A stretch of 26,075 nucleotides of DNA from a virus (lineage: Duplodnaviria > Caudoviricetes). The stretch lies in the IMG/VR virus record IMGVR_UViG_3300017700_000645, positions 1 to 26,075 of that record; one strand, written 5' to 3'. The notes under the pieces were generated by a model. That model ran no database searches. It was not told where the DNA came from and saw only the letters and a program-made list of their open reading frames with translations. Below are positions 16,209-23,147 of this stretch, piece after piece (positions within the stretch are counted from its first letter, which is position 1; each line of letters begins with the position of its first letter). Made by a program: the position numbers and the translations under genes.

Positions 16209-16327
16209 CGCTCGCCCCTCTGCCGCATGACAACCCACGCCCACGTATATTCCCGCCTGCACCGATCACACTTCAGATCGTCAGTCACCGGCCCGTCGCA
16301 CTTTTCGCAGGTGGGGAGGGTGGTCAT
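16205..16327 (-). CDS. tiny CxxC-CxxC zinc-finger protein (40 aa)
   Basis: Manual translation MTTLPTCEKCDGPVTDDLKCDRCRREYTWAWVVMRQRGER; coupled at both ends. Confidence 0.6.
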   Translation of the reverse strand: MTTLPTCEKCDGPVTDDLKCDRCRREYTWAWVVMRQRGER

Positions 16328-16479
16328 ACGACGACGCCATTTTCTACGGTCGCGGTTCCGCCCACTACGGACGGGTTGACACTGTAACCGTGGAATCGGT
16401 TCTTTCCGATCTTGACGACGATCAGGAACCGGCCGTCAGAAGTCGGTGAGCAGCTTTCGACTAGCCCTGTCTGTCTCAT
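16324..16479 (-). CDS. small hypothetical protein (51 aa)
   Basis: Manual translation MRQTGLVESCSPTSDGRFLIVVKIGKNRFHGYSVNPSVVGGTATVENGVVV; ATGA overlaps. Confidence 0.6.
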   Translation of the reverse strand: MRQTGLVESCSPTSDGRFLIVVKIGKNRFHGYSVNPSVVGGTATVENGVVV

Positions 16480-16709
16480 GTCGGCTCCCCGGTGAAGTGC
16501 AACAGCGTCGTTTGCAGTCCGACATGACCGCGATTGCGAAGGCAGCGGTTAGCGGCCTCCATGAGAACAGCGGTCGAAATCCAGTGATCGTCAGACCGAA
16601 TTTTGTAATAGCGATACTCCGTGCATCCGATCTCTTTGCACATAGCTTTGACGGACGCACCGCGTGTGCGCGCCCATGACAGCATTTCGTCTCTGGTTAC
16701 AGCAATCAT
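16476..16709 (-). CDS. probable HTH protein
   Basis: GASVKAMCKEIGCTEYRYYKI; AGGAGAGAG RBS. Confidence 0.6.
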   Translation of the reverse strand: MIAVTRDEMLSWARTRGASVKAMCKEIGCTEYRYYKIRSDDHWISTAVLMEAANRCLRNRGHVGLQTTLLHFTGEPT

Positions 16710-16730
16710 CGTCTCTCTCCTTGTGTGCGC

Positions 16731-16979
16731 CTAAGCGCGTCCTGAGTCCCAATCCGTCGTCAGCACAGTGCTGTGCTTCCTGATCGCGTCGTGTCGTGTG
16801 TGCGTGCCACGGTTCTTCTTAGCCCGCGCCATAGCAGGTCGGTCGATCATGGCTTCGTAGTGGTTGCCGCAATATCGCGACCCCATAGCCGACCCACCGA
16901 CCACCGGCGCGCAACAGGCGTCAGAGGCGGTAATCAGATAGGCGCACTGTCCGAATGTGCGTGTGGTCCAATGGGGCAT
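16731..16979 (-). CDS. GcrA C-terminal-like domain protein
   Basis: GQCAYLI...CCAPV..GSRYCGNH resembles the GcrA C-terminal C-x-W-P...FCG...PYCxxH pattern. Confidence 0.6.
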   Translation of the reverse strand: MPHWTTRTFGQCAYLITASDACCAPVVGGSAMGSRYCGNHYEAMIDRPAMARAKKNRGTHTRHDAIRKHSTVLTTDWDSGRA

Positions 16980-17302
16980 TAGACGGCTTCCTCAATGAGT
17001 CGGTTGATGACCTTGGTGCGGTCGTCGGGATTGACGCGATAGCCCTTGTGGCCGTCCGTCTCGATGACGCCTTCCAGGCCGATGTCAGATAGCCCTTCGC
17101 GAAGATTGCAGATCGCCACCCGGATTGAAGCTGGAGCGATCTTATTCATACGTCCTCGATTGTGGTAGTTTTCGCCAAGATGATCCACCGACAGCGTTCG
17201 TCCGTTTGCCCTTAGCAAGGTCAGAAGGATTTCGGATTGCCATCGCATTTCGAGAATCCGAGACGTGACAACTTCCATCCCGGCCCACTCCAGCGGAGTC
17301 AT
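16979..17302 (-). CDS. OmpR/CtrA-type winged-helix DNA-binding domain without a receiver domain
   Basis: ILLTLLRANGRTLS...SIRVAICNLREGL...IETDGHKGYRV resembles Trans_reg_C (IDVFICKLRKKL...IETVWGRGY). Confidence 0.75.
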   Translation of the reverse strand: MTPLEWAGMEVVTSRILEMRWQSEILLTLLRANGRTLSVDHLGENYHNRGRMNKIAPASIRVAICNLREGLSDIGLEGVIETDGHKGYRVNPDDRTKVINRLIEEAV

Positions 17303-17571
17303 GACGCTTCCTCGTGGAGCAAGCCAACGGTTGCGAGGCGTTCCTGACCGTCTGGCGTAATCCTCCAGCGAACGGGGCCTGCTGCACGGTTCATGGGCTG
17401 ACCTACCGGCTCGATATAGCCCATCGCCCGGTTCATTTGGTTTGCCGTGCGAATGGAGCCGATTGTGGTCTTGAACATGTAGGCAAGTTCAGGATGGCTT
17501 TGCAGACGAAGGTTCAGCGTTGCCAGCAGCCTATCCCGCAGGAGGTGGGGTCGATCAGGATTGCGGGCCAT
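17299..17571 (-). CDS. probable winged-helix protein
   Basis: GYIE...WRITPDGQERL C-terminal wing pattern; GATGGAGAGA RBS. Confidence 0.6.
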   Translation of the reverse strand: MARNPDRPHLLRDRLLATLNLRLQSHPELAYMFKTTIGSIRTANQMNRAMGYIEPVGQPMNRAAGPVRWRITPDGQERLATVGLLHEEAS

Positions 17572-17836
17572 TCACTCTCTCCATCTGTTTGCGGGCCTTG
17601 AAGGCGCTGTATGGCTCCCTCAAGAAGTCATCCCAATTCTTCTCTGGACGCCCGCCCTTGCGACCGGCTGGCTTCTTGGCTTTCGGCGCACGGTCGATAC
17701 CACGCGCACCAACGCGCTGGATTTTCCCCGCAACCTGACTACGCGTCAGGCCGTAGCGCTTGGCTATCTGGCCTTGGCTGTCACCGGCCTTCCAGTCTGC
17801 GAACACGGCGGCAACGAGTTCGTCCGTCCAAGTCAT
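17555..17836 (-). CDS. GcrA N-terminal (DNA-binding) domain protein
   Basis: MTWTDELVAAVFADWKAGDSQGQIAKRYGLTRSQVAGKIQRVG matches the GcrA pattern WTDERV..L..LW..G.SASQIA..LGGVTRNAVIGKVHRLG; the C-terminal Cys domain is absent. Confidence 0.8.
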   Translation of the reverse strand: MTWTDELVAAVFADWKAGDSQGQIAKRYGLTRSQVAGKIQRVGARGIDRAPKAKKPAGRKGGRPEKNWDDFLREPYSAFKARKQMERVNGPQS

Positions 17837-17994
17837 GCCAGCCCGCACGCCTTCAACGTGCGCTTGCCAGGAGCGACCCGCCCTGCACAGACCGCCTTGA
17901 GGTGGCCGAGCGATATGTCGAACGCGGACGACACACGCTCAGGACCGCCCATCGCCTTGATGGCGTTTGCGGCGCGTTGGGTGAGGGGGTTCAT
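17833..17994 (-). CDS. Cro-like small HTH protein (53 aa)
   Basis: Manual translation MNPLTQRAANAIKAMGGPERVSSAFDISLGHLKAVCAGRVAPGKRTLKACGLA; ATGA coupling at both ends. Confidence 0.65.
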   Translation of the reverse strand: MNPLTQRAANAIKAMGGPERVSSAFDISLGHLKAVCAGRVAPGKRTLKACGLA

Positions 17995-18185
17995 TTAGCA
18001 CTCTCACGCTCAAGAATGCTCACTCCACCATTGATAGCCACAATGGCTTCATGGGTGGTTGCAGCCAAGTTTGCGGCTTGTGTTGGGTCGCATCCATCCA
18101 ATGCACCATGTCGCATGTCGTCCAGCATTTTTGACAGTGCCGCAATGGCGGCATCAAAGGCTATTTCCCAATCCTTTTTGTTCAT
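17991..18185 (-). CDS. hypothetical protein
   Basis: Start MNKKDWE after GATGGAGAGA; first gene of the leftward operon. Confidence 0.7.
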   Translation of the reverse strand: MNKKDWEIAFDAAIAALSKMLDDMRHGALDGCDPTQAANLAATTHEAIVAINGGVSILERESAK

Positions 18186-18221
18186 CACTCTCTCTCCATC
18201 CCGCTTCATTGCGGCCTTGTC

Positions 18222-18303
18222 ACCATACCGATTACAGCCGGTTCGTAAAGTGGCTTGACCGATATATTTTATGGCTTGACTGAGTGTGGCATGGCTGTAG
18301 GGT
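18222..18303. promoter_or_regulatory. divergent promoter region
   Basis: Leftward TTTACG-N16-TATGGT (18249 to 18222), rightward TTGACT-N16-TAGGGT (18276-18303), direct repeat TGGCTTGAC at 18252 and 18272 with an AT-rich spacer. Confidence 0.6.
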
Positions 18304-18328
18304 GTGGGTATTGGATGGAGAGAACGAG

Positions 18329-18613
18329 ATGACCACGCAACAGAAACTGACCAACGTTTATAACGAGTTCATCGCGGACTTCGTTGAGCGGCACGGAGAA
18401 TGCCAGGCGACACGAGACGAAGCGCATGAACGGGCTGCATGGTGCGTGTCGCTGGGGCAGGCGGTGGCCGAAATGTTCGCCAAGTTCAAATTGAACAAAA
18501 ACAATTTGACTTGGGTTCTGGACGCCATGCTGACGTCAATGGATGACGTTATGCAGGACGAGGCGGACATCGTCGCGTGTGCGGTGGCTGTGGCGATTGA
18601 GGAGGCGAAGTGA
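18329..18613 (+). CDS. hypothetical protein
   Basis: Start MTTQQKL after the GATGGAGAGA RBS. Confidence 0.75.
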   Translation: MTTQQKLTNVYNEFIADFVERHGECQATRDEAHERAAWCVSLGQAVAEMFAKFKLNKNNLTWVLDAMLTSMDDVMQDEADIVACAVAVAIEEAK

Positions 18614-18969
18614 TGGTTGAGGTTGGAGAGCAAGTTTACATCGCCGGTCGTTATAGCGGCCCCGGATCAATCGGAATTGTCGAGCGTATAACTCCGACAG
18701 GTCGATTGGTTGTCGGCGGCATTCAATATCGTGCGCCCTCAAAGCAGGACAAAGATGACTGGTGCGCCCTTCAAACTGGTGACGGTTGGAGCGGTGGGCT
18801 TATTAGAAAACTAACTCCAAGCCGTATCGAAGAAGTGAAAAAAGCAAAAGTCAGGTCGAGGATCGATCGGATGAAAAATACCTACTCGATCCCAAGCGAT
18901 GCAAGTCTTGATGATTTGATTGCGATTTCCGCTGCATGGGAAACCATCATGAATCTGGTGCGCCGATGA
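18610..18969 (+). CDS. hypothetical protein with SH3-like N-terminus
   Basis: VEVGEQVYI...VERITPTGRLVV; coupled to neighbours. Confidence 0.75.
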   Translation: MMVEVGEQVYIAGRYSGPGSIGIVERITPTGRLVVGGIQYRAPSKQDKDDWCALQTGDGWSGGLIRKLTPSRIEEVKKAKVRSRIDRMKNTYSIPSDASLDDLIAISAAWETIMNLVRR

Positions 18970-19148
18970 CCCCTCCCGACCCCCGAGACTTCGAGTCGGC
19001 TATGTCAACGCTCGTCCTCGCCATCGGTCACGTCGGCCGCAACAGGCCAGAGACGCAATGTCAGTCGTCGCGACTGGCGGAACAGGTCTGCAAGATTGAC
19101 GCGATCTGCGCGCAGTCGATGCGGGCGATTATGGAGGATGGGAAGTGA
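18966..19148 (+). CDS. hypothetical protein
   Basis: Start MTPPDPR with ATGA coupling. Confidence 0.6.
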   Translation: MTPPDPRDFESAMSTLVLAIGHVGRNRPETQCQSSRLAEQVCKIDAICAQSMRAIMEDGK

Positions 19149-19336
19149 TGGAATGGATGCTTTGGACCTACGGAATAGGTGCTGTGATCTTCATGGGAAT
19201 GGCTGTGGCGACAAACGCCCGAACGGGAACCGATACGTGGGAGCCTAAGCCTCTTGGCTGGCTGTTCGTCGGTGCAATCTGGCCGATCCTGTTTGTCGGC
19301 ATTATCGCCTACATGATTTTGGGAGACGAAAAGTGA
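19145..19336 (+). CDS. small two-TM membrane protein
   Basis: Two hydrophobic segments, AIWP motif. Confidence 0.7.
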   Translation: MMEWMLWTYGIGAVIFMGMAVATNARTGTDTWEPKPLGWLFVGAIWPILFVGIIAYMILGDEK

Positions 19337-19455
19337 ATTACGACGCTGAACCCCTCCCGTCCGTAATGGACTTCATCATTGGCCTGTCGCTGCTATTGCG
19401 CTGGCCTGTCGTTGGCGCTGTGGCGCTGTTTATTGGATTGAAGGTGGCGGGATGA
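19333..19455 (+). CDS. tiny membrane protein (40 aa)
   Basis: Manual translation MNYDAEPLPSVMDFIIGLSLLLRWPVVGAVALFIGLKVAG; coupled at both ends. Confidence 0.55.
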   Translation: MNYDAEPLPSVMDFIIGLSLLLRWPVVGAVALFIGLKVAG

Positions 19456-19661
19456 GTTCCGGGGCCCTTCAACGCATACAAGCTGCCATTGCTGTTGCTC
19501 ACAGCTATGCGCAGACCGACGGGGCGCATCACAAAGCTTGGGTGATTGACCAGATGGTCAGGTCTTTGGTCGGGGATGATTATCCCGTTTTTGTTCGTGA
19601 CTATTGCAAGGGCGAAGACGGACCAAACACATACGAATGGGATGAGGGGATTGCGCCATGA
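19452..19661 (+). CDS. conserved small phage protein
   Basis: DGAHHKAWVIDQMVR...WDEGIAP motif family. Confidence 0.75.
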   Translation: MSSGALQRIQAAIAVAHSYAQTDGAHHKAWVIDQMVRSLVGDDYPVFVRDYCKGEDGPNTYEWDEGIAP

Positions 19662-19918
19662 CGATGATTGAGAAGGCGGCGAGGGGTTTGTGGCGCGCTG
19701 ATCCTGAAAACTACGGCACAGAAGACGCCATGTGGTCGTCATATGTCGACATGGCCCGCGCCGTCCTGCTGGCGGTTCGTCAGCCTGACAGCAACTTGGC
19801 CTATGCGGCCACAGAAATGCACGACACCTATTGGGGGTATGAGGCTAACGGCGATCCAACAGGGCCTATTGCAACATTCTCGGCAATTATCGACGCAATC
19901 CTAGAGGAACCCAAATGA
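19658..19918 (+). CDS. hypothetical phage protein
   Basis: MIEKAARGL...ARAVL...IDAIL pattern; coupled. Confidence 0.75.
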   Translation: MTMIEKAARGLWRADPENYGTEDAMWSSYVDMARAVLLAVRQPDSNLAYAATEMHDTYWGYEANGDPTGPIATFSAIIDAILEEPK

Positions 19919-20190
19919 CCCCCGCCATCCCCATCCCCCGCGCTGACCACCAGCGCCTATTGAACGCCAAGAACAACGTCTCGCGCGCCGCTGCGTCCCT
20001 GAACGGGTCCGCGACGTTCCAGAGCATTGTTGCGGCTGAACAGGCTATCGGGCGCGCTATGGGCGACCTTCGCGACATGAAGGGCCGTATGCGCCAACTC
20101 AAGCAACAAGCCCGCCAGGTTGAGCGAGACCGCGCTCAGGACCGGGCGATTATCGAGCGGTCGCATGTGGCTGCGGGAGTGGGCGCATGA
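19915..20190 (+). CDS. hypothetical coiled-coil protein
   Basis: GAGG RBS, ATGA coupling. Confidence 0.65.
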   Translation: MTPAIPIPRADHQRLLNAKNNVSRAAASLNGSATFQSIVAAEQAIGRAMGDLRDMKGRMRQLKQQARQVERDRAQDRAIIERSHVAAGVGA

Positions 20191-20351
20191 CTGTCGGCAT
20201 ACTCACGGTGGCGGCTCACCTCATTAGCCTTTCTCTGTTTCTGATAGATGCTAATTGGTTAGCGGCCGGATGGGTCGTTTCGTCAGCTATTTGGTGCGCA
20301 AACAGCTATCTTCGCGAACGCTACATCGACCTTATTCAGGATTCCAAATGA
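20187..20351 (+). CDS. small membrane protein (54 aa)
   Basis: Manual translation MTVGILTVAAHLISLSLFLIDANWLAAGWVVSSAIWCANSYLRERYIDLIQDSK; ATGA overlaps at both ends. Confidence 0.6.
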   Translation: MTVGILTVAAHLISLSLFLIDANWLAAGWVVSSAIWCANSYLRERYIDLIQDSK

Positions 20352-20533
20352 CCGACACCCCACGCCTCCGAGGCTTTGCGCTCCTGAAGGCCCGCAATCC
20401 CGAACTCGCCCGCGACATCGCCGCCAGGGGCGGCAAGTCGGTTCCTGCCGACAAACGCGCGTTCGCCGTGAGTAAAGACCTTGCGAAGTCGGCGGGGTCA
20501 AAGGGCGGTGTTGCGAAACGGGACAGGCCCTGA
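20348..20533 (+). CDS. KGG-repeat general stress protein (YciG/Con-10-like)
   Basis: RGFA...RDIAARGGKSVPADKRAF...LAKSAGSKGG. Confidence 0.8.
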   Translation: MTDTPRLRGFALLKARNPELARDIAARGGKSVPADKRAFAVSKDLAKSAGSKGGVAKRDRP

Positions 20534-20534
20534 A

Positions 20535-20613
20535 ACGCGAAAGCCCCCTGCGGATTCTTGGAGAGAGGACGCAGGGGGCCTCACGACTGGCGGGATGAGT
20601 GCCGGTCGTGGAA
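20535..20613 (-). ncRNA. putative two-hairpin sRNA with pyrimidine-rich (anti-SD-like) loops
   Basis: Minus-strand promoter TTGCGT-N16-TATTAT (20646 to 20619), hairpin 20582-20610 (loop ACUCAUCCC), hairpin 20543-20579 (loop UCCUCUCUCCAAGAAUC) followed by UUUC. Confidence 0.5.
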
Positions 20614-20662
20614 TTTCGATAATACCGCACCCGAAATAATACGCAAGCCCGTCGATTGTGCC

Positions 20663-20690
20663 TTGACCGTGGAGTGGGGAGGGGTATGGT
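20663..20690 (+). promoter_or_regulatory. sigma70-like promoter TTGACC-N16-TATGGT
   Basis: Same hexamers and spacing as 6200-6227; followed by the GATGGAGAGA RBS. Confidence 0.6.
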
Positions 20691-20710
20691 GGGGGGGTAG
20701 AGATGGAGAG

Positions 20711-20905
20711 ATGATGATGCACATACGGAAAGAGTCGAAGCGAGGGTTCATTGATCTTCTGTCGTTTTCGGCGGTGACTAACGTTTTGGGTCAATTTATC
20801 CCTGCAAAACACACGGTCATCATTGGTGAATATGGCGTCGGGGTTCGAAGCATTGAACTTAGCGAGCGCCAAGCTCTTCGCATCATCAAGGAACTTCGCG
20901 CATGA
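20711..20905 (+). CDS. hypothetical protein
   Basis: Starts in the ATGATGATG run after the RBS; ATGA coupling to the next gene. Confidence 0.7.
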   Translation: MMMHIRKESKRGFIDLLSFSAVTNVLGQFIPAKHTVIIGEYGVGVRSIELSERQALRIIKELRA

Positions 20906-21822
20906 CCACCCCACCCCCCGGCCAGGCTTTGACGGCTGAGACGGACGTTCGCCCGTATTGGGTTTCCTGGTATGGCCGCAATGGCATTTTCGAGCTTCAT
21001 TCTCCGTGGTGGATCACGGGAAGCCGCGACATCGAGGATGACGAAGGCGAGGACGCGGCGGACACCATTTTCTGCGCTGCTGTGATGGCGCGGGATGAGT
21101 TTGGCGCAAAGAACGCGATTGCTCAGGCTCACGATGTCGGGCGCACGATTGGCGAATGGCGCTTTTGCGAGGAGCGGCCTTCGGATTGGTCGCCCTTCGG
21201 AGATCGGTTCCGTCGAGCGGATTGGATGCAATGGCCCCCGTCGAGCATCGCCTCGCAATCCACCGCCCCCACGCGGTGCGACCACGACGCTTATGAGGCC
21301 GATAGCGCCGGGCAAGCGGCGCGCTGCAACGACTGCGACGCCGCCCCCACGCCCCCTGAACCTGTCGCGTCGGCTCTGGCTGACGGTGAGGGGTTGGAAG
21401 ATGCGTTGCGGGATCAGTTCGCAAAAGCGTTTGCGGCGAACCTCTACGATCACCCGCACAAGGCGCTGACGGCTAGCGACGAAAATCAGATCGACCTCTT
21501 CGCATGGGTAGCCGCCGAGGCCGCTGCTGCGAGGATCGCGGCGCTTAACGCAGAGGTCGAGCGCTGGATTTCGGCCTACAAAATCGCTCACGACCAGGCG
21601 ACGCAGAACGGACAGGGCGCCACCCAAGCCGAAGCCCGAGCGGATCGGCTGGCGAAGGCGCTGGAGCGGATCAAAGACCTGGAACCACGGACCCACCACG
21701 ACGGCTACGATAACGGTCCGGGCGGCGGAAACTACATCTACCGCGACGTGGTGTTCACCGACGAAGCGTTCCCGATCATAGACGAAGCCCTCCGCGAACC
21801 GAAGTCGGGAGGTGGGGCGTGA
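20902..21822 (+). CDS. mosaic multi-domain early protein (Ead/Ea22-like)
   Basis: W-rich N-terminal domain (PWWITG...WRFCEERP..WSPFGDRF), CxxC, coiled coil AAARIAALNAEVER. Confidence 0.7.
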   Translation: MTTPPPGQALTAETDVRPYWVSWYGRNGIFELHSPWWITGSRDIEDDEGEDAADTIFCAAVMARDEFGAKNAIAQAHDVGRTIGEWRFCEERPSDWSPFGDRFRRADWMQWPPSSIASQSTAPTRCDHDAYEADSAGQAARCNDCDAAPTPPEPVASALADGEGLEDALRDQFAKAFAANLYDHPHKALTASDENQIDLFAWVAAEAAAARIAALNAEVERWISAYKIAHDQATQNGQGATQAEARADRLAKALERIKDLEPRTHHDGYDNGPGGGNYIYRDVVFTDEAFPIIDEALREPKSGGGA

Positions 21823-22085
21823 GCCGTCCGAGACCCATCGCAGAGCGCATGGATGCCGCGCTCAAGAACGGCCCGCTTGAATATTACGACCTAGCGCGCC
21901 GGGTGTTCCCAGAGGACCAGTATCCGAAGGCGTGGCGCTACCAATCGAACGGAGGCCCGCCCGGGTTGGTCATGGCCCTGTCGCGAGCCATCGACCGCCA
22001 CGGATTCACATGGCGTCCGACCTACCCCGGCCAAAGCATTCCCGGCCGCACGATATATCCGCGAAAGGACCACCCCCATGTCTAA
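21819..22085 (+). CDS. hypothetical phage protein
   Basis: VFP...PKAWRYQSNGGPPG motif; GTGA coupling. Confidence 0.75.
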   Translation: MSRPRPIAERMDAALKNGPLEYYDLARRVFPEDQYPKAWRYQSNGGPPGLVMALSRAIDRHGFTWRPTYPGQSIPGRTIYPRKDHPHV

Positions 22086-22806
22086 ATCCCTCGCTCCCGA
22101 TGCTGTGCGCCTGGTGCCTGTTGAGCCGACAGAGGCGATGTTGGATGCGGTGTCAGACTGGCCGATCTGTTGGCCTGCCTTTGGAGAAGCGAGCGCGGCT
22201 CAACAAGCGGCTTTCCACGCTGACCGCGCCACCGCATCCAGTATCTACCGCGCCATGCTCGCGGCCGCCCCTGCGCCAGCTACGGCGAGGGGTGGGGATG
22301 CGCTGCGGATCGCGGTCGAGGCGTTGGAGAAGATCAGGCTTGAGTCCGAAGATTGCCTTGGCCTTCGGATGGAAACAATCACCGGGATCGCCGATCACGC
22401 CCTCGCCGCCCTCGCGTCTCAACCCCAGGCGACGGGTGGGGCGGTGGAGCGGGAGAGGCACAAGGCCCTATCCAATCTGATCCTCGACTTCTGCTGCGAT
22501 ATGCACGTCGATATTCCGGTTGAGACTCATGACGCGCTGGCTTCGCTGATCCTCGCCACGCAACCGGCCCATTCGCCGGGTGGATGGCAGGACATCAGCA
22601 CCGCGCCGAAGGATGAGCGGTGGCTCCTGACATTTGGCTGCCTGCATTCTGGTGGCGAATACGCAGGAGAAACGCCGACCACTATGAGGTCGCGATGGGA
22701 TGAAGAAACGTCTTCTTGGTATTCCATAGAGTGGGGCGGTCATGAACCCACCCACTGGCAACCTCTCCCCGCCGCGCCGTCGATCCAGAAGGGAGGCGGG
22801 GCGTGA
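22078..22806 (+). CDS. mosaic protein with C-terminal DUF551-like domain
   Basis: LVPVEPTEAM...YRAMLAAAP N-terminus; WQDISTAPKD...PTHWQPLPAAP C-terminus. Confidence 0.8.
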   Translation: MSKSLAPDAVRLVPVEPTEAMLDAVSDWPICWPAFGEASAAQQAAFHADRATASSIYRAMLAAAPAPATARGGDALRIAVEALEKIRLESEDCLGLRMETITGIADHALAALASQPQATGGAVERERHKALSNLILDFCCDMHVDIPVETHDALASLILATQPAHSPGGWQDISTAPKDERWLLTFGCLHSGGEYAGETPTTMRSRWDEETSSWYSIEWGGHEPTHWQPLPAAPSIQKGGGA

Positions 22807-23147
22807 GCGACACTCAACCCGTCCGCGTCCAGCTATCCCGCAAGAAGGGATGGCGGATGCCAGAGAACACCGTGAAGGTCGATCGCTCAACGCGCTGGGG
22901 CAATCAGATCGTCGTCGGCTCCGAGCGCGGCATCGGCTATCGCCCCTGGACTGCCGAGGATGCTGTCGCGGCGTTCCGCGCCGAGATGGAATACGCGATC
23001 AGAAACAAGCCGTCAGGTGAGCCGCCGCTGGACCTGTCGCCCCTGCGCGGCAAGAATCTGGCCTGCTGGTGTCGCCCCGGAGCCGCTTGTCATGCAGACG
23101 TGCTGCTCGACCTCGCCAACCCACAAGACGAGAGGGGGCGGGAGTGA
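22803..23147 (+). CDS. DUF4326 family protein
   Basis: VDRSTRWGN...LRGKNLACWC...CHADVLL. Confidence 0.85.
   Translation: MSDTQPVRVQLSRKKGWRMPENTVKVDRSTRWGNQIVVGSERGIGYRPWTAEDAVAAFRAEMEYAIRNKPSGEPPLDLSPLRGKNLACWCRPGAACHADVLLDLANPQDERGRE

Noticed and set aside
17611-18258. 215-aa plus-strand ORF
   Set aside because: Overlaps the minus-strand GcrA-like and Cro-like genes, which show motifs and coupling
20791-21699. 302-aa minus-strand ORF
   Set aside because: Arg-rich shadow of the well-coupled plus-strand gene 20902-21822
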